DNA of 64,000 bases from Eledone cirrhosa (GCA_964016885.1 OZ024741.1:364002001-364066000), one strand, 5' to 3'; shown: positions 38,561-52,346, counted from the first letter of the stretch. The notes: a model not told the origin generated them from the letters alone. A program made the numbers and translations.

Positions 38561-38892
38561 ATTGAAAAAGTGAAGAATAACATGGTCAACAGTACAAAAA
38601 AGGGGGTTTTATTTACAGTCTGACAATTGTTTCACTGATTAAGTTGTCTAAAAATTGCTGAACACATGAAGCAGTGCCACTCAATTTCAAATACGATGTT
38701 AGCTTGACCAGATCATCGGAGATAACAGTTATCACCAATGATCTGGTTAAGCTAACAACATATTTGAAATTGAGTGGCACTGCTTCAAGTGTTCAGCAAT
38801 TTTTAGACAACTTAATCAGTGAAACAATTGTCAGACTGTAAATAAACCCCCTTTTTTGTACTGTTGACCATGTTATTCTTCACTTTTTCAAT
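38561..38892. repeat. 332-nt head-to-head palindrome of a hammerhead-bearing pLTR-like sequence
   Basis: Centre GATAAC-A-GTTATC at 38727; each arm carries GAAACAATTGTC followed by AATAAA. Confidence 0.9.
38619..38722 (-). ncRNA. Hammerhead motif with extended stem II (mirror copy on + at 38732-38835 has a mutated core)
   Basis: TCT-CCGATGA-T-CTGGTCAAG...CTTAATCAG-T-GAAAC-AATT-GTC-AGA; palindromic stem III ACAATTGT. Confidence 0.65.
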
Positions 38893-39248
38893 CATATATA
38901 TATATATATTTACTCAGCTGTAGAAATGAGATGATAGGATTGGGGTCCTTATCATTCCACTGCAAAGTGGTCGTGGAGGTGCCACGGCAAAAAAGCACCC
39001 AGCCCACACTGTAAAGTGGACGTGTAGGCGCAATGGAAAAAAAAAAAACCAACACTCACTGTAAATGAGGTTGGTGTTAGGAAGGGTTTCCAGCTGTAGA
39101 AATCAAGCCAGAATCAGTTCCCGTCCCACCCTTGCAAGCATGGAAAAGCGGACGTAAAATGATGATGATGATGATGATGATGATTATTCATACAACATCT
39201 GACTGATAAAATGTCAAGTCAGTCAATCATATTGGTGGCCTCCCCACA

Positions 39249-39249
<1 letters not shown>

Positions 39250-39307
<58 letters not shown>

Positions 39308-39422
39308 TATATATATATATATTTTATATATATATATATATTATATATATATATATTATATATATATATATTATATATATATATATTATATATATATATA
39401 TATATTATATATATATATATAT

Positions 39423-39453
<31 letters not shown>

Positions 39454-39479
39454 ATATATATATATATATATTATATATA

Positions 39480-39522
<43 letters not shown>
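39250..39522. repeat. Long interrupted (TA)n tract
   Basis: Direct reading. Confidence 0.95.
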
Positions 39523-39524
<2 letters not shown>

Positions 39525-39564
39525 AAGCAAAAATCCATGATTTCAGTAGACAGGAGGAGTAGTT

Positions 39565-39609
39565 GGCTTTGATAAGCATCAATAAATGCGAAACAAGGCC
39601 TTGTCAGCT
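39565..39609 (+). ncRNA. Decayed hammerhead motif
   Basis: GGCT-TTGATAA (two changes from CTGATGA)-GCAT-CAATAA-ATGC-GAAAC-AAGGCCTT-GTC-AGCT; outer pairing CAGGAGGAG/CTCCCCCTG. Confidence 0.7.
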
Positions 39610-39772
39610 TTATCTCCCCCTGTTTGCTGAAATTAAAGTAAGTGAGTCTGTCGCTACTCTAAAACAATAGCATAAGGTCTTCGAAATGCTTTTAATTAAG
39701 CATACAGTGTATTGCAAAATACACTATATATACATTCATATATATATAGCTATTTCAGAGCACCAATTATAA

Positions 39773-39827
<55 letters not shown>

Positions 39828-39830
<3 letters not shown>

Positions 39831-39985
39831 GGTAATATCTGTAGTGGTAGAGCACACCGAGAACAAATATATATATATATATGTATATGTATATACATAT
39901 ACATATACATATATATATATACATATACATATATATATATATATATTTGTTCTCGGTGTGCTCTACCACTACGGATATTACCTTC
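39828..39985. repeat. Inverted repeat enclosing and flanked by (TA)n
   Basis: GAAGGTAATATCTGTAGTGGTAGAGCACACCGAGAACAAAT is mirrored at 39945-39985. Confidence 0.9.
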
Positions 39986-39996
39986 CAGTGTTCCAC

Positions 39997-40050
<54 letters not shown>

Positions 40051-40183
40051 CATTTTTTAAATTTCAGAAAATTAAATAAAAAGAAACAAATAAGTAAAAA
40101 GGAAAATGAATATTCAAGTAAAAAGTAATAAACAACAACAACCCTCACCTCCACTACACAGTTGTCAAATTAATAAATATCAC

Positions 40184-40410
40184 TTAACCCTTTAGCATTT
40201 AAACCAGCCATATCAGGCCAGAGTTCTCTCACCTCTTTCTGTTCAAACCAGTTGTAACAAGCTGTTCATATTGATGTTAAGGTATTGTTATCAAAATAAA
40301 TAGGATCAAAATCTCATTGATTCGATATAATGTGAGATAATTATGTGAGATGAAGCCTTTACCATAAAAATATAATACTATATAGAGTAATGTAAAAGCT
40401 AAAGGGTTAA
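40184..40410. mobile_element. piggyBac-like MITE (copies at 20271-20430 and 45094-45316)
   Basis: TTAA|CCCTTTAGC ... GCTAAAGGG|TTAA. Confidence 0.85.
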
Positions 40411-41059
40411 TCTCCTTATTCACGTTGAATTAACTGGATTGGTGTTGAGGTTCATTGCCATAATTTAGCTGATGTTGTTTGATCTATTAAATAAATATTC
40501 ATTAAAAAAAAAAAAAATTATTTGATTACATTCTGTTATTCTTTTACTGTTTTCTCTCATTAGACTGTGGCCATACCCACTGGAAAGAGTGTTTGAGGAC
40601 ACTGCCCCCACGACCCTTTCAGGAATAAGCGGGTGATGAAGAAGAAGAAGGAGGAGGAGGGGAGAAGAAGGAGGAGGAGGAGGAGGAAGAGGGGGAGGAG
40701 AGAAGAAGAAGAAGTAGAAGAAGAAGAAGAAAACTGTGACCATGTTACGACAGCACCTAAATTTAGTTGATCATTAAGTAATTATTTTATCAATTTCTGT
40801 TTGGTTGAACCAAGATAAGTGACATAAACATAGACACACACAGATATATATCTTTATAATAAACCATGGCTGTTATGTGACAACCACTTTGTGATGGATT
40901 TATTTGGGAAATGACAATTTGATAACTTCCTTCCTACCACTCTATCTCTCTCACATAGTTTTGACCAGATGGTCCATGGATAAACAGCAGTTATCTGTAG
41001 CTGTATACCTATGTATCTACCTATCTATCCATCTAGCTATTTGTCTGTCTGTCTATCTG

Positions 41060-41135
<76 letters not shown>

Positions 41136-41192
41136 TAAAAAAATAATGAATAAAACAATGAAACAGTTCCTTATATTAAACAAAAAAAGTTC

Positions 41193-41341
41193 ATTATTTA
41201 ACAATCGTTTCTAGGATATATATGTGTTAGAATTGGCATGCATATTCAACAGATCTATGTACAAAATTATACAAAATTATACAAACTATCAAAATTAAAT
41301 ATACATACCAAACACATATATATGCCGTCTTCAGAAATAAT
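41193..41341 (-). ncRNA. Type I hammerhead with long stem II
   Basis: ATTATTT-CTGAAGA-C-GG(C)ATATATATGTGTT...AACACATATATATCC-TA-GAAAC-GATT-GTT-AAATAAT: perfect 7-bp stem I and intact core. Confidence 0.75.
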
Positions 41342-41421
41342 CTTTTTTTTCCATGATATCCGGATTACATTGAGTTCTTCATACGGATTGGACACTACCG
41401 TAAACTCTTGGTAGATTTATC

Positions 41422-41456
<35 letters not shown>

Positions 41457-42409
41457 AAGGCGATGACACACGACCGTGACCTCTGGTGTCGCGCAGTAAT
41501 ACAGACTACCCGACCTCCCATGGGTACAAACTGAAGCATATAGACAATATGCCCCCACACCCCCCACCGCAAGGTGGTCATGGAGGTGCCACGGCAAAAA
41601 AGCACCCAGCCCACACTGTAAAGTAGACGTGTAGGCGCCACGAAAAAGCACCCAGCACTCACTGTAAATGAGGTTGGTGTTAGGAAGGACGTCCAGCTGT
41701 AGAAATCAAGCCAAATCAGTTCCTGTATGAGCAAGGCATGGTCAGCCGACCAGACACTGCCCACAACAGTACAACCCGTCTAACCCATGCTAGCGTGGAA
41801 GAATGGACGTAAAACGGTGATGATGATGATGATGATGATATATATATATTTATAGTAATAGTAATAAATTTGAAGACTAAAATCCAAAGAAGGCTCGATA
41901 AGGATAAATATATATCAAATATATAAGAACCCTAGAGCAAATATTATATATACCTATATATCTGTCTGTCTGTATATCTATTTACCTACCTATATCTATC
42001 TATCTATCTATAGGTGGGAGGGTGGGTAGGTTGACGGACAGACGAACAGATAGATATATTCTTTATTTCTTTATTTATTGTTTATACAGATAGATAGATT
42101 GATAGATGTAGGTGTTTGATGATGATTAAATAAAATATAGAAGAAAATTACTGTAATTGATTTAAATAAATGTAAAATAAAATCTGACAATGGCTGGAAA
42201 GACAAGAGAGAGAAAGTTAAATAAAATTGAAGATTCATTCATCTTTACATAGAATGTTGTAGTCAAGGAATTATTTAATTAGATATATTTTAGTATATAC
42301 ATTTTTAAGGGGTGTGGGAAGTTAATTTTTCTGATTGAGTTGAAGGTTAGATTCATTCAAAGCACATAAAAAAACCATAGGAAAAACAATATATATATAT
42401 ATATATCAC

Positions 42410-43190
42410 CGCCAATGCAAAACGGGTGAAATTGTAAAAGTTTATGAAGTAAAATATCAGAGCCCTCCCTCCCCCTGAAAATTGTTGGCTTTGTACCTAA
42501 AAGGAGGTAGATCCCTCATCTGGGCCGCCGCCTGCTGCGACACGTTCTCTGCCTCCAATTTAGTCACTTTGGCCACAAACCCTGGCATCGCAGCCTGCCT
42601 CGTGGAAGAACGTAAAGAAACAAACAGCGGGGTTTGTCAGCCGCTTCCTCTTCTCACCGGTCGTTCTTGAGACCTCAGGCATACTTGGACCCTGTACTAC
42701 CGAGCTCCTCTCTCAGGCGTACTTAGACCCCGTACTGCCGAGATCCTCCCTCAGGCGTACTTGGACCCTGTACTGCCGAGCTCCTCCCTCAGGCGTACTT
42801 GGACCCTGTACTGCTGAGCTCCTCCCTCAGGCATACTTGGACCCTGTACTGCCGATCTCCTCCCCAAGATCGGAGTGTCCGCGGCCCGTCTGAGGAGGGA
42901 TCCCCGAGAGGTTGGGTGGCTATTGCAGTGGGTGTCACTGGCCATCGTCAGGGAAATGCTTTTGCCGTTTTGTCCGTGGGGCGCAGCACATCTTCCCTCT
43001 TGCCCTAGATCCAAAGCCCAGTCACCTCCCCTCTCTTCTGTGACACCAGAGCTCTTGCCATCCCCTCCCCTTCCCGTTCTTTTTCTTCTCTCTTTCTCTC
43101 TATTTTCTCTATATTTCCCTATTCTTTATTTACTTTTGTTTCCTTTTTTTTATTATTGCCATCATTATAGTTGTCATTATTATTATTATT
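42410..43190 (+). mobile_element. CRE-like (restriction-like endonuclease) LINE 3' fragment
   Basis: DTFSASNL, EERK, VLETSG.LGP, DPREVGWLLQWVSLAIVRGNAFAVL, pyrimidine-rich tail. Confidence 0.75.
42673..42862 (+). repeat. 38-bp minisatellite, 5 copies, inside the CRE-like fragment
   Basis: Unit CCTCAGGCGTACTTGGACCCTGTACTGCCGAGCTCCTC. Confidence 0.92.
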
Positions 43191-43659
43191 AAAGGGCGGT
43201 GGATTGGCAGTATCGGTAGAGGGTCTGATGCCATGCTTTGCAGCATAGTTACGTCCCTTTACGATCTGAGTTCAAATCTCGCCGAGGTTAACTTTGCCTT
43301 TCATCCTTACGGGAGTCGATAAAATAAAGTACCAGTAATGTACTAAGTAATTGCTGGTCTTGTGCCAAAAGTAGAAACAATTATTATTATTATTATTGTT
43401 ACTGTAAATAATATCATGTTTATACAGTTTTTATCATAAATAAATTGATTGTGTTAGGAATGATATGAAAATCAGAAACCATTTGATTAACCAATAAAGA
43501 AATAATCAAAAAGTTTTATTTACATTACATAAGGTCAATCTGCTACAAAAATGTGGTATAAAATGGTTCAGTAAACATGGCAATAAGGAAAGAAAAAGAA
43601 AAAGAATGGAAAATAAGAAGAAGAGTAAGAAAAAAGGAATTATGTAACATAAGAAAGGG

Positions 43660-44420
43660 AGAGGGGGATGGCACACTCCAGTTTAAGTGGTGTTTCAGCT
43701 GTGCCCTGCGGATAAAATGGCAAAGGTATTGTTGCGGAGAATGGCCAGACACCCACTACAACAACCAGCACCACCCCATGGGGATCCTTCCTCATGTGGG
43801 TTAGTCTTTCTGATTTTATGAAAGAAATCAGCAGTGTGGGGACTGAGTACACCTGAGGTCTCAATGGTAACTGGTATTAAAAGGAAGCAGTTGGTCAAGT
43901 CCTGGTATTTATTTTTCTTCCTCTCCCTTGAGTTGTGGGTGTTGGTGCCCAAGTTATGGGTGTTGGTGCCAAAGTTTGACAAGGGTGGAGGCTGAGAATG
44001 AGTCACAATATGTCACATCCCAGATTAGCGATTTACTTCCCTTAAATGGGAAGAAAGTTATTCCGTCAGGGCACATACTATCACCATGGTCGATGCCAGC
44101 TGGTTTCAGTTGTGATGGGAAACCAGGTGTGTTGAGGCTCTATCTGATGATGTCATTCAGAGTGGTGTGTCAATATTTAGTTATCTATCAGTGCCCCGGT
44201 ATTTAGTTATCTTCCTCTCCTCTGCATTGTGGGTGGTGGTGCTCAGATTTGTGGCTAAAGCGACAAAGCTGGTGGTGAAGAACTAGTTGTAACACATCCT
44301 GTGCCACATTAGAGATGTACCTCCCTCGAATGGGAAAAAGGCTATTCTACAGGAAATTTACCACCACCATGCTCGAGGCCAGCTGGCTCAAGTTGTGATG
44401 GGGAAAATTATCCTGTTGAA
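43660..44420 (-). mobile_element. CRE-like LINE 3' fragment with internal duplication
   Basis: ORF 43695-44006: ERKKNKY, IPVTIETSGVL, LAILRNN.FAIL. Confidence 0.65.
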
Positions 44421-46199
44421 GTCAAATTTTCTTTTGATCCTTTTGGGGGTCAATAATGAAGTACCAGTCAAGTACTGAGGTCAATATAATCAACTCAGCC
44501 TCCACAAATTGCTGGGTTTGTACCCAAATTAGAAACCATTAATGTTATTACTATTATTAGGGCGGTGGATTGGCAGTATCGGTAGAGGGTCGGACACCAT
44601 GCTTTGACACATAGAGTTACGGCCCTTGCCATTCTAAGTTCAAATCCCACCGAGGTTAACTTTGCCTTTCATCCTTAAGGGGTCGATAACATAAAGTACC
44701 AGTAATACACTGGGTAATTGCTGTCCTTGTGCCAAAAGTAGAAACAATTAATGTTATTACTATTATTAATCTCACAATTAAAATAATATTTCTCTTAGCT
44801 TGACATTAAACCTATTTTGTGAAGGAGAGTGAGGAGTATTACATGTTAATTGAATTGAGCTCCGAACATTATTGATGCTTGCTTAAGATCAACACTGGCA
44901 GGATTAAAGCTCAGCACTGAACATTCCACTTTAAAGTAAATAAAAATACAGTACAAAAAATAAATGTAATTTAAAATATTATTATATATATAATACTTCT
45001 ATGTTACTTCCATGTTTAATAAGGGTCTTCTATGTAGTTGCTTGACTTATCAGAATTAGCAGGCAAATCTCCCTCAAATTACACTTTACTGTTTTGACTC
45101 TTTAGTATTTAAACCGGCTGTATCCGGCCAGAATTCTCTCACCTTTTTCAAACTGGTCGTAACCGGCTGCTCATACTTATATTAAGGTACTTTTCTCAAA
45201 ATAAATAATATCAAAATCTCATAGATTCGATATTATTTGAGATAATTATTGGAAATAAAGTGTTTACCTGAAAATACAATAGTAAATATAGAGTACTGTA
45301 AATGCTAAAGGGTTAAATAAAGAATGACAATGTAGTCTGTTGAAAAAAATGGAAAAGTTACGATTGGAATGACTTTGATCATCATCATCATCATCATCAT
45401 CATTATTTAATATCTCTTTTTCATGCTTGCATGAGTTAGATGGCTGTTGCATGCTGAAGCCAGACTGGTCAGGTGACTAGGTCCTGCTCATTGTGCTATA
45501 TTTTGGCTTGGTATTTATGGCTGGATGTCCTTCCTAATACCAATCACTTTACAGCATGTACTGGGAGCATGGTTTCTATATCTGGATACCCTTCATAACA
45601 TAAACCACTTTACAGAGTGCACTGGGAGCATTTTATCATGATTCTAACACTACCATCTTAGAGAGTGGCACCAGCACTACAACTTTAAGGGTTGACTGGG
45701 TGCTTTTGTAATGGTACCAGCACTATTTCATTATAACACTAGGGTGTTTAGTGTACATGGTCATGCTAGAGGGGGGGGGGGGGGTAATCGTGGTGCTTGG
45801 CTTCACTTGGTGGCTTAAATGGGGGGCATTTATATACTGTTTGGGGTATGTGGTTGGGTTAGTGGTGTCCATTATTTTGGCATTGCTCCTGGGTTGTGAG
45901 AGTGTTGGGAGTGCAAGAGTTTGTCAGGGAAGGTGATTCAGTCAAGGTTCCTCCTAGTTTTTCATGCTAGCATGGGTTGGACAAAGAAGGCAGGAGTATA
46001 TTGGCAGGTGAAAAACTGAGAGTTGTTCCATCTCTGTTTCTTCGGGTTTAGGATGGAGGGAGCTAGGTGGGTCACAGTCATATTTCTACTTAACCAGTAC
46101 TGATCTGTGGTTAAGACACAATGCTAGATTATTGCCATTATGCTTTCTATACAGCATACTATATAGTCACTTTGCTACTGTCTGTTATGCCCACTGATA

Positions 46200-46770
46200 T
46201 GTAGAGCAGCCACAAAGGTCCTCCACTTGTCTGTCTTAGGCCAGCTGCTGGATGGTATCCCATGTATGTTGCCAAGACTTCACCTCTCTCAACTATTCTG
46301 TACCAGGTGCTCCTTGGCCTTCCTTATTTTCACTTGCCTTCTGGTGTCCAGTGAAGGGCTGTTCCTGAGATGTTATCTTGCTCTCTTCTGAGAACATGCC
46401 CTATCCACTTCCATCTTCTTCTGAGAAGGATTGCTGACATATTCTCCTGCTAGCATCTACCCAGCAATTCTTCATTGGAGATCTTTTCAGACCAAAAGGA
46501 TTCTTCTAAGATTCTTTGTGTGAAAGACTGATAGTTTGGTCAGGTCATTCTCTGTCATTCTCCAGCATTCTGAGCCTTACATAAGGGTAGAAAGAACACA
46601 GCTCTGATATATTCTCAATTTGGTCTTTATGCTCTATTGTTGAGATATCTATACATTGTTGAGCATTATGAAGGTATTTCTGGCTTTGCAAAGTTTGTTT
46701 TTGATGTACCTGCTTGCTCTTTCATTATTTGTAACAGTTCTACCCAGGTAAGTGAATTCTTGTTGTTGTT
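46200..46770 (-). mobile_element. RTE/BovB-like LINE C-terminal fragment
   Basis: [36 protein letters not shown] motifs. Confidence 0.8.
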
Positions 46771-47931
46771 GATGACACCCATATGCTAACTGATGGCAAA
46801 TTGTCAAATAACATAAGTTGATATCTGTGGTATATTAGTGTGGGAAGAAACAATTGTCAGTGATTAAATGCCTTGAACTTTAATTTTTGGTTTGTAAGCA
46901 AATTGCATTGAGCTAAAATACACCTAGTAAATGAATTAAATTTACTCTCATTAATATTATATATATATATCACCATCATGGAGGCACATGGCTTAGTGGT
47001 TAGAGCATTGGCCTTGCAATCGAAAGGTTGTGAGTTCAATTCTCAGACTGGGTGATGTGTTGTTTCCTTGAGCAAGACACTTTATTTCACATTGCTCCTG
47101 TTTACTCAGCTGTAGAAATGAGATGATAGGGACTGGGGTCCATATCATTCCACTGCAAAGTGGTCGTGGAGGTGCCACAGCAAAAAAGCACCCAGCACTC
47201 ACTGTAAATGAGGTTGGTGTTAGGAAGGGCATCCAGCTGTAGAAATCAAGCCAGAATCAGTTCCTATCCCACCCTTGCAAGCAGGGAAAAGCGGACATAA
47301 AATGAAATGATGATCATCATCATCACTGTTGCTGATAGTGTCTATTTTCCATGCATGAATGGGTTAGGCAGGTTGTCACATTTTGAGACTAGACAGGTCA
47401 GATAACTGTCTCACTCAAAATGGTCCATCATAATTTTATGCAACAACATTTGTTAAGTTATGTTCTAAATACTAGATAAATAGTGAGAAAATTAGTTATA
47501 TCATTAAATTCTTTCAAAATTCTTGATTATTTTCAAAATCCTTTGAAAATCAGAGGCAGTGTCTTTCATTAGAAATATGATAACAAAAAGGTTAAGTAAG
47601 TGATATTGTTATTTTCTTTTAAGAGTAGGGTCTTCAATCAACATTTAATCTTAAGAACAACTTTGTGAGTGGGAAGGAAGCTTTTTTATTTTCTTATTTA
47701 AAATATAGAATACTTTAGTATTTTGTTTACCAGGACGTTGACATTTAATACTGTAAGTTGATATGAAACATGTTGTATGGCAGTTTAGAATGGAACAGCA
47801 AATAACTCAGATGAGAAAAAGTGTTGGCTTGGGAGGAGAAACCATGTCACATGAATAAATATTTTAGGTTCATTGGGATGCATAACCATGAAACCAGCTA
47901 ATTAGATAACAGCGGCAGCAGCAATAGTAGT

Positions 47932-47975
<44 letters not shown>

Positions 47976-48992
47976 TAGTAGTAGTAGAATTTGTGAGGTG
48001 AGGGTGTTGACGGCCGTGGTGGTGGTGGAAGTAATCTAGATATATAAAAGTTTGGAATGGGCCTCCATCAGTTTGAATGATGAATGATCCAGCTTTTCAA
48101 TCAATGAAACAGCCTGCTCATAAAATTGATATGTAAGTGGCTGAGCATTATACAGACTTCTGTACCATTAATGTAATTCTTAGGGTGATTTAGCATGACG
48201 TGGTGTGGGACAAAGCTGGTCCTTTCAATTTCAGCTACTGTCGGGCTTCTGAACAGTTTCTACCTACTCACAAGGCATGGGTTGGCCTGAGGCTATGGTA
48301 AATGACATTTACCCAAGGTGATAGATTAAAAGATTATGCACAAGCTGGTCCTCTGTCAGTTTTGACAACGGGGATGTCAGTTATTCAAGCAATAGGACAG
48401 TGTATTATTGAAATTAATATGCAAGTGGATGAGTATTCCACAGATATATGCACCCATAACGAAGTTCTCAGGGAGATTCAGCATCTCACAGTGTGTAACA
48501 AGACTAGTCATTTAAATCAGAGATGCAGCTCATTTTTGCCAGCTGACTGGACTAGAGAAACAGGAAATAAAGTGTCTTACTCAAAGACATAATGTGTTGC
48601 CAGAAATCAAACTCACAATCATACAATCATTAGCTGAACACCCTTACCACTAAGCCATGCACCTTCACAAAAGTTTATAGTCATCATCATCATCATCGTT
48701 TAACATACATCTTCCACACTAGCATGGGTTAGTTAGGTCTGTCCCATTTAGATTGGATCGGGTGACCGTGTCTTGCTCATATAGGACTGTTTCTGGTTGG
48801 TTTTATATGGCTGGATGCCCTTCCTAACACCAACCACATTTACAGTGTGTGCTGGATGATTTTTGCTATGTGGGTGGATGTTTTGTGGTACCAACATAAT
48901 ATATATATATACATATATATGTCATGATAATGATAATGATATATATATATTTGCGTGTATATACATATATCATCATCACCACCATTTTACAT

Positions 48993-49071
<79 letters not shown>

Positions 49072-49439
49072 ACACACACACTCACACACACACATCACCA
49101 TCATTATGTTATGTTCATTTTTCCAAATTAGTTAGGTTGGATGAGTTGCCATGGTCAGAAACTAGATGGATCGAGAAACCATGTCTTGTTCATACATTCT
49201 GTTTTTGGCAGTTGGATGCCCTTCCTCATGTCTGTATTTTATCATGGCACCAATACTATCATTATATATTTGTGTAAATGACTATAATAATAGTTATAAA
49301 ACAGTAAAAATGTTATTAAACCAATGGAAACTAAAACAACATGTTGATTTAAAACCTTCTGCGCCAAACAGAGAAGATGTACCTCAGTGCGAGTGTGTCT
49401 CTATGAAACATATATATATATACCAGGGCTGAACACAAA

Positions 49440-49750
49440 GGAACCAAACTCCTACTGTCACTGCCTCCATCTCTCTCGCTCTCCCCATCTCTCACTATTA
49501 TGAGCAAATGGGGGGCCCACGTGCTGGGTGCCCCGCAGCCCCAGCAGACAGAATAGAGAAGTCGTTTTCCCAGAGTATGGTGAGGGAGATGTGCTGAAAG
49601 AGCCATTCCAGCTCGCGAGGCTTACACCTGCAGGTAACCAACCCTGTGCTGATGGTGGAGAGTAGGGAGGTGGCCCTAGGGCTAAGGACACCAGAAGTCT
49701 CTGCTGCTACGGGCTCAACCACAAATCTGTCGGAGAGCGATCAATATTTG
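49440..49750 (-). mobile_element. CRE-like LINE 3' fragment
   Basis: VEPVAAETSGVL, PRELEWLFQHISLTIL..N.FSIL. Confidence 0.7.
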
Positions 49751-49984
49751 TGTAAATAGGGAGAAGCTTTTTCAAACATGTTAGATGAGACAGGACTGTT
49801 CAAATTTTTTTTTTTTTATTAAGAATTTTTTGTATTTCCTTATAAATCTTTTAAGTTTGGTTTGGTTTGGTTTGGAACAATCACATTTCTGAATCCTATT
49901 AATGTTTTGAAACCTCTGTAACTTCATTTTTAGAATAAAAACGATATTAGTAATGGCATGTCATTCATGCATTGTACTGTAGCT

Positions 49985-50554
49985 CTGCAGTCACCAACAT
50001 TTTGGACCTCACGGACTATTATATTCATAATTTTAAATCTCGCAGACCAATAATATGAATTTTTAAAAAAAGATAAATGCATTTGTAAAATAATTGTTTC
50101 TACTTTTTGGCACAAGGCCAGCAATTATCCCAGTGTATTACTGGTACTTTATTTTATCAACCCCGTAAGGTTGAAAGTCAAAGTTAACCTCAGCGGGATT
50201 TGAACTCAGTCCGTAAAGGGACGTAACTCTGCTGCAAATCATGGCGTCCGACCCACTACCGATACTGCCAATCCTGATCTGAGAACTTCCATTTTATTAA
50301 ACAATACTGAAGCATACATGTGTCTTATTGTCGATAGATGATACATATGTGTAAAATTCTTTCATGATGTTAGTTCTTTACTGAGGAGAAACATTTTTTA
50401 GGGGTATTATAAAATATATTTTAACTGTATATTATTTTTGTTTTATTATTAATAAAACATAAAAATTGCAAATAATGTCCAAATTTTTCTGCAGACCACC
50501 AAAATTTTCTCTCGGACCACCAGTGGTCCACAGCCCACCAGTTGGTGACTGCTG
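49985..50554. mobile_element. hAT MITE with nested SINE
   Basis: TIRs CTGCAGTCACCAAC / GTTGGTGACTGCTG; imperfect 8-bp TSD CTGTAGCT / CTCTAGGT. Confidence 0.65.
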
Positions 50555-51633
50555 CTCTAGGTCACAAAACATCATAGGAAAAACTGGTAAAATCATCATG
50601 TCAGATTTAAAAAATAAATCCTGGTAAATTTCATAGTCAACTGTGTTGATTTTTGGTTTGTATTTTGCTGTTAGTAAAGCCTCCATAGATACTCTCCTCA
50701 CTTTTTGTGGGATTCTATAAAATGTTATCTTTCCAAACCAAATATAAGGGACTCATAAACACATATGATAAATCCAGAATAAAAAAAATCTAACTTGTAA
50801 ACAGACATGTCTCTAACAACATTAACAACAACAACATCGATAATAATAACAAGGATTTCTTTATTAGCTACAAGGCCCTGCACATAGAATTCAGTAAACA
50901 TGATAAACATAGGGGTTACAATACATAAGGGAATTCACAAAACAAAGTTCTATAAAAATGAAAGTACAGATAATAGCATTATATAGTAGAGAGATCCTTC
51001 TTCTTCTTCTTCTTCTTCTTCTTCTTCTTCTTCTTTAAGGAAAGAAAGGGTAACTTCAATTCCTTCTATAATATATGTGTGTGCATGTGTGTATAGGTTT
51101 TTTTTAAAAATCCATTCTGTGCTTTGCATTCGTTTCACATTTACCATGATCCCTGGTATATTTAGACAGATTTTTTAACATGCTAAATGAAGTGTTGCTA
51201 GCATGTAGCTCAAGTATCTTCCATTTCTAAAGTGAGGCATAACAGAGAGAGAGAGAGAGAGAGGGGGGGGATCAGCCTTGGTACCTGGCTGATACTTTAT
51301 TTATGAACACTGGTCGGATGAACAGCAAAAGTTGACTCCAGTAAAATTTGAACCCAGAATACAAAGAGCTGGAACAATTACTTTAAGGTATTTTTAAGAT
51401 ACACTAATGATTCTGCCAATTGACTGTCTGTAGATACATGTATGCATAGTATGTTGGTAGAAGTATGTATGTATATGTCTATAGATATATGTATAGTATG
51501 ATGGTAGAGGTATGTATGCATATGTCTATAGATATATGTATGTATAATATGTCTGTAGATATATGTGTTTATAGTATGACTGTAGATGTATGTATATGTC
51601 TGTAGATATATGTATAGTATGTTGGTAGATGTA

Positions 51634-52346
51634 TGTTTAACGAAGGGTAAAATGAGAATTTGTTGTTAGAATAATTAACATGATTGTTGGAGTTGTTAGA
51701 TGTAAAAACATGAATAATAAGAATAAATGATTTGGTTTATATATGGTTTACTTCACGTGAATCAATTAAAAAAGTACAATAAAACAGTTACCAAGAGTTG
51801 TTAATTTTGTTATTGTTGTTGATGTGAAAACAGCGAGCGAACAGATAATGTTGTTGTTGTTGGAAGTTGGAGTCCGTGGTAGTAATTGTGAGACCGTAGT
51901 TAGTAAGAGAGAGAGAGATATGGTTTGTATACCTCTGTTATGGTCTGTAGTAATTGTGAACCACCGTGGCCTGCAGACCGTTGAATCTTCCACATTTGTG
52001 TTCTGTAGTAGTGGGGCTCCAATCACTCTGTATTTCTGTAGACCTCTGGGGTCTGTAGTAACTGTGAATCTTTACATAGTTAGTTGCTAGCGTAATGCTC
52101 CGATCTTTCTTGTATTTCTGTAGACCACTAGGCTCTGTTGATAGTGGTGAATCTTTCACATAGCTTGTTCTGTAGTGGGGTGCTCCGATGTCTCTATATA
52201 AACGTGGAATGATAAAGGCTTTATATAACTGTCACTTCCTGCCTCCCACCTTGAGGGGATAGCCAACGCATCAACCTGTTCACACCAAAAGGGTGGTGAC
52301 CTAGAATTTGACCTTTAGGTGTCACCCAAGGTTCAAGGCGCGGATA
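51634..52346 (-). mobile_element. Probable solo LTR inserted in a degenerate minisatellite
   Basis: Minus strand reads TA(TG)TCCGCG...TTAAACA; GATGTA flanks both ends; TATATAAA box near 52220; internal tandem repeats 51900-52200. Confidence 0.55.

Noticed and set aside
42673-42862. CRISPR-like 38-bp repeats
   Set aside because: Contiguous tandem units with no spacers, no cas genes, eukaryotic context.
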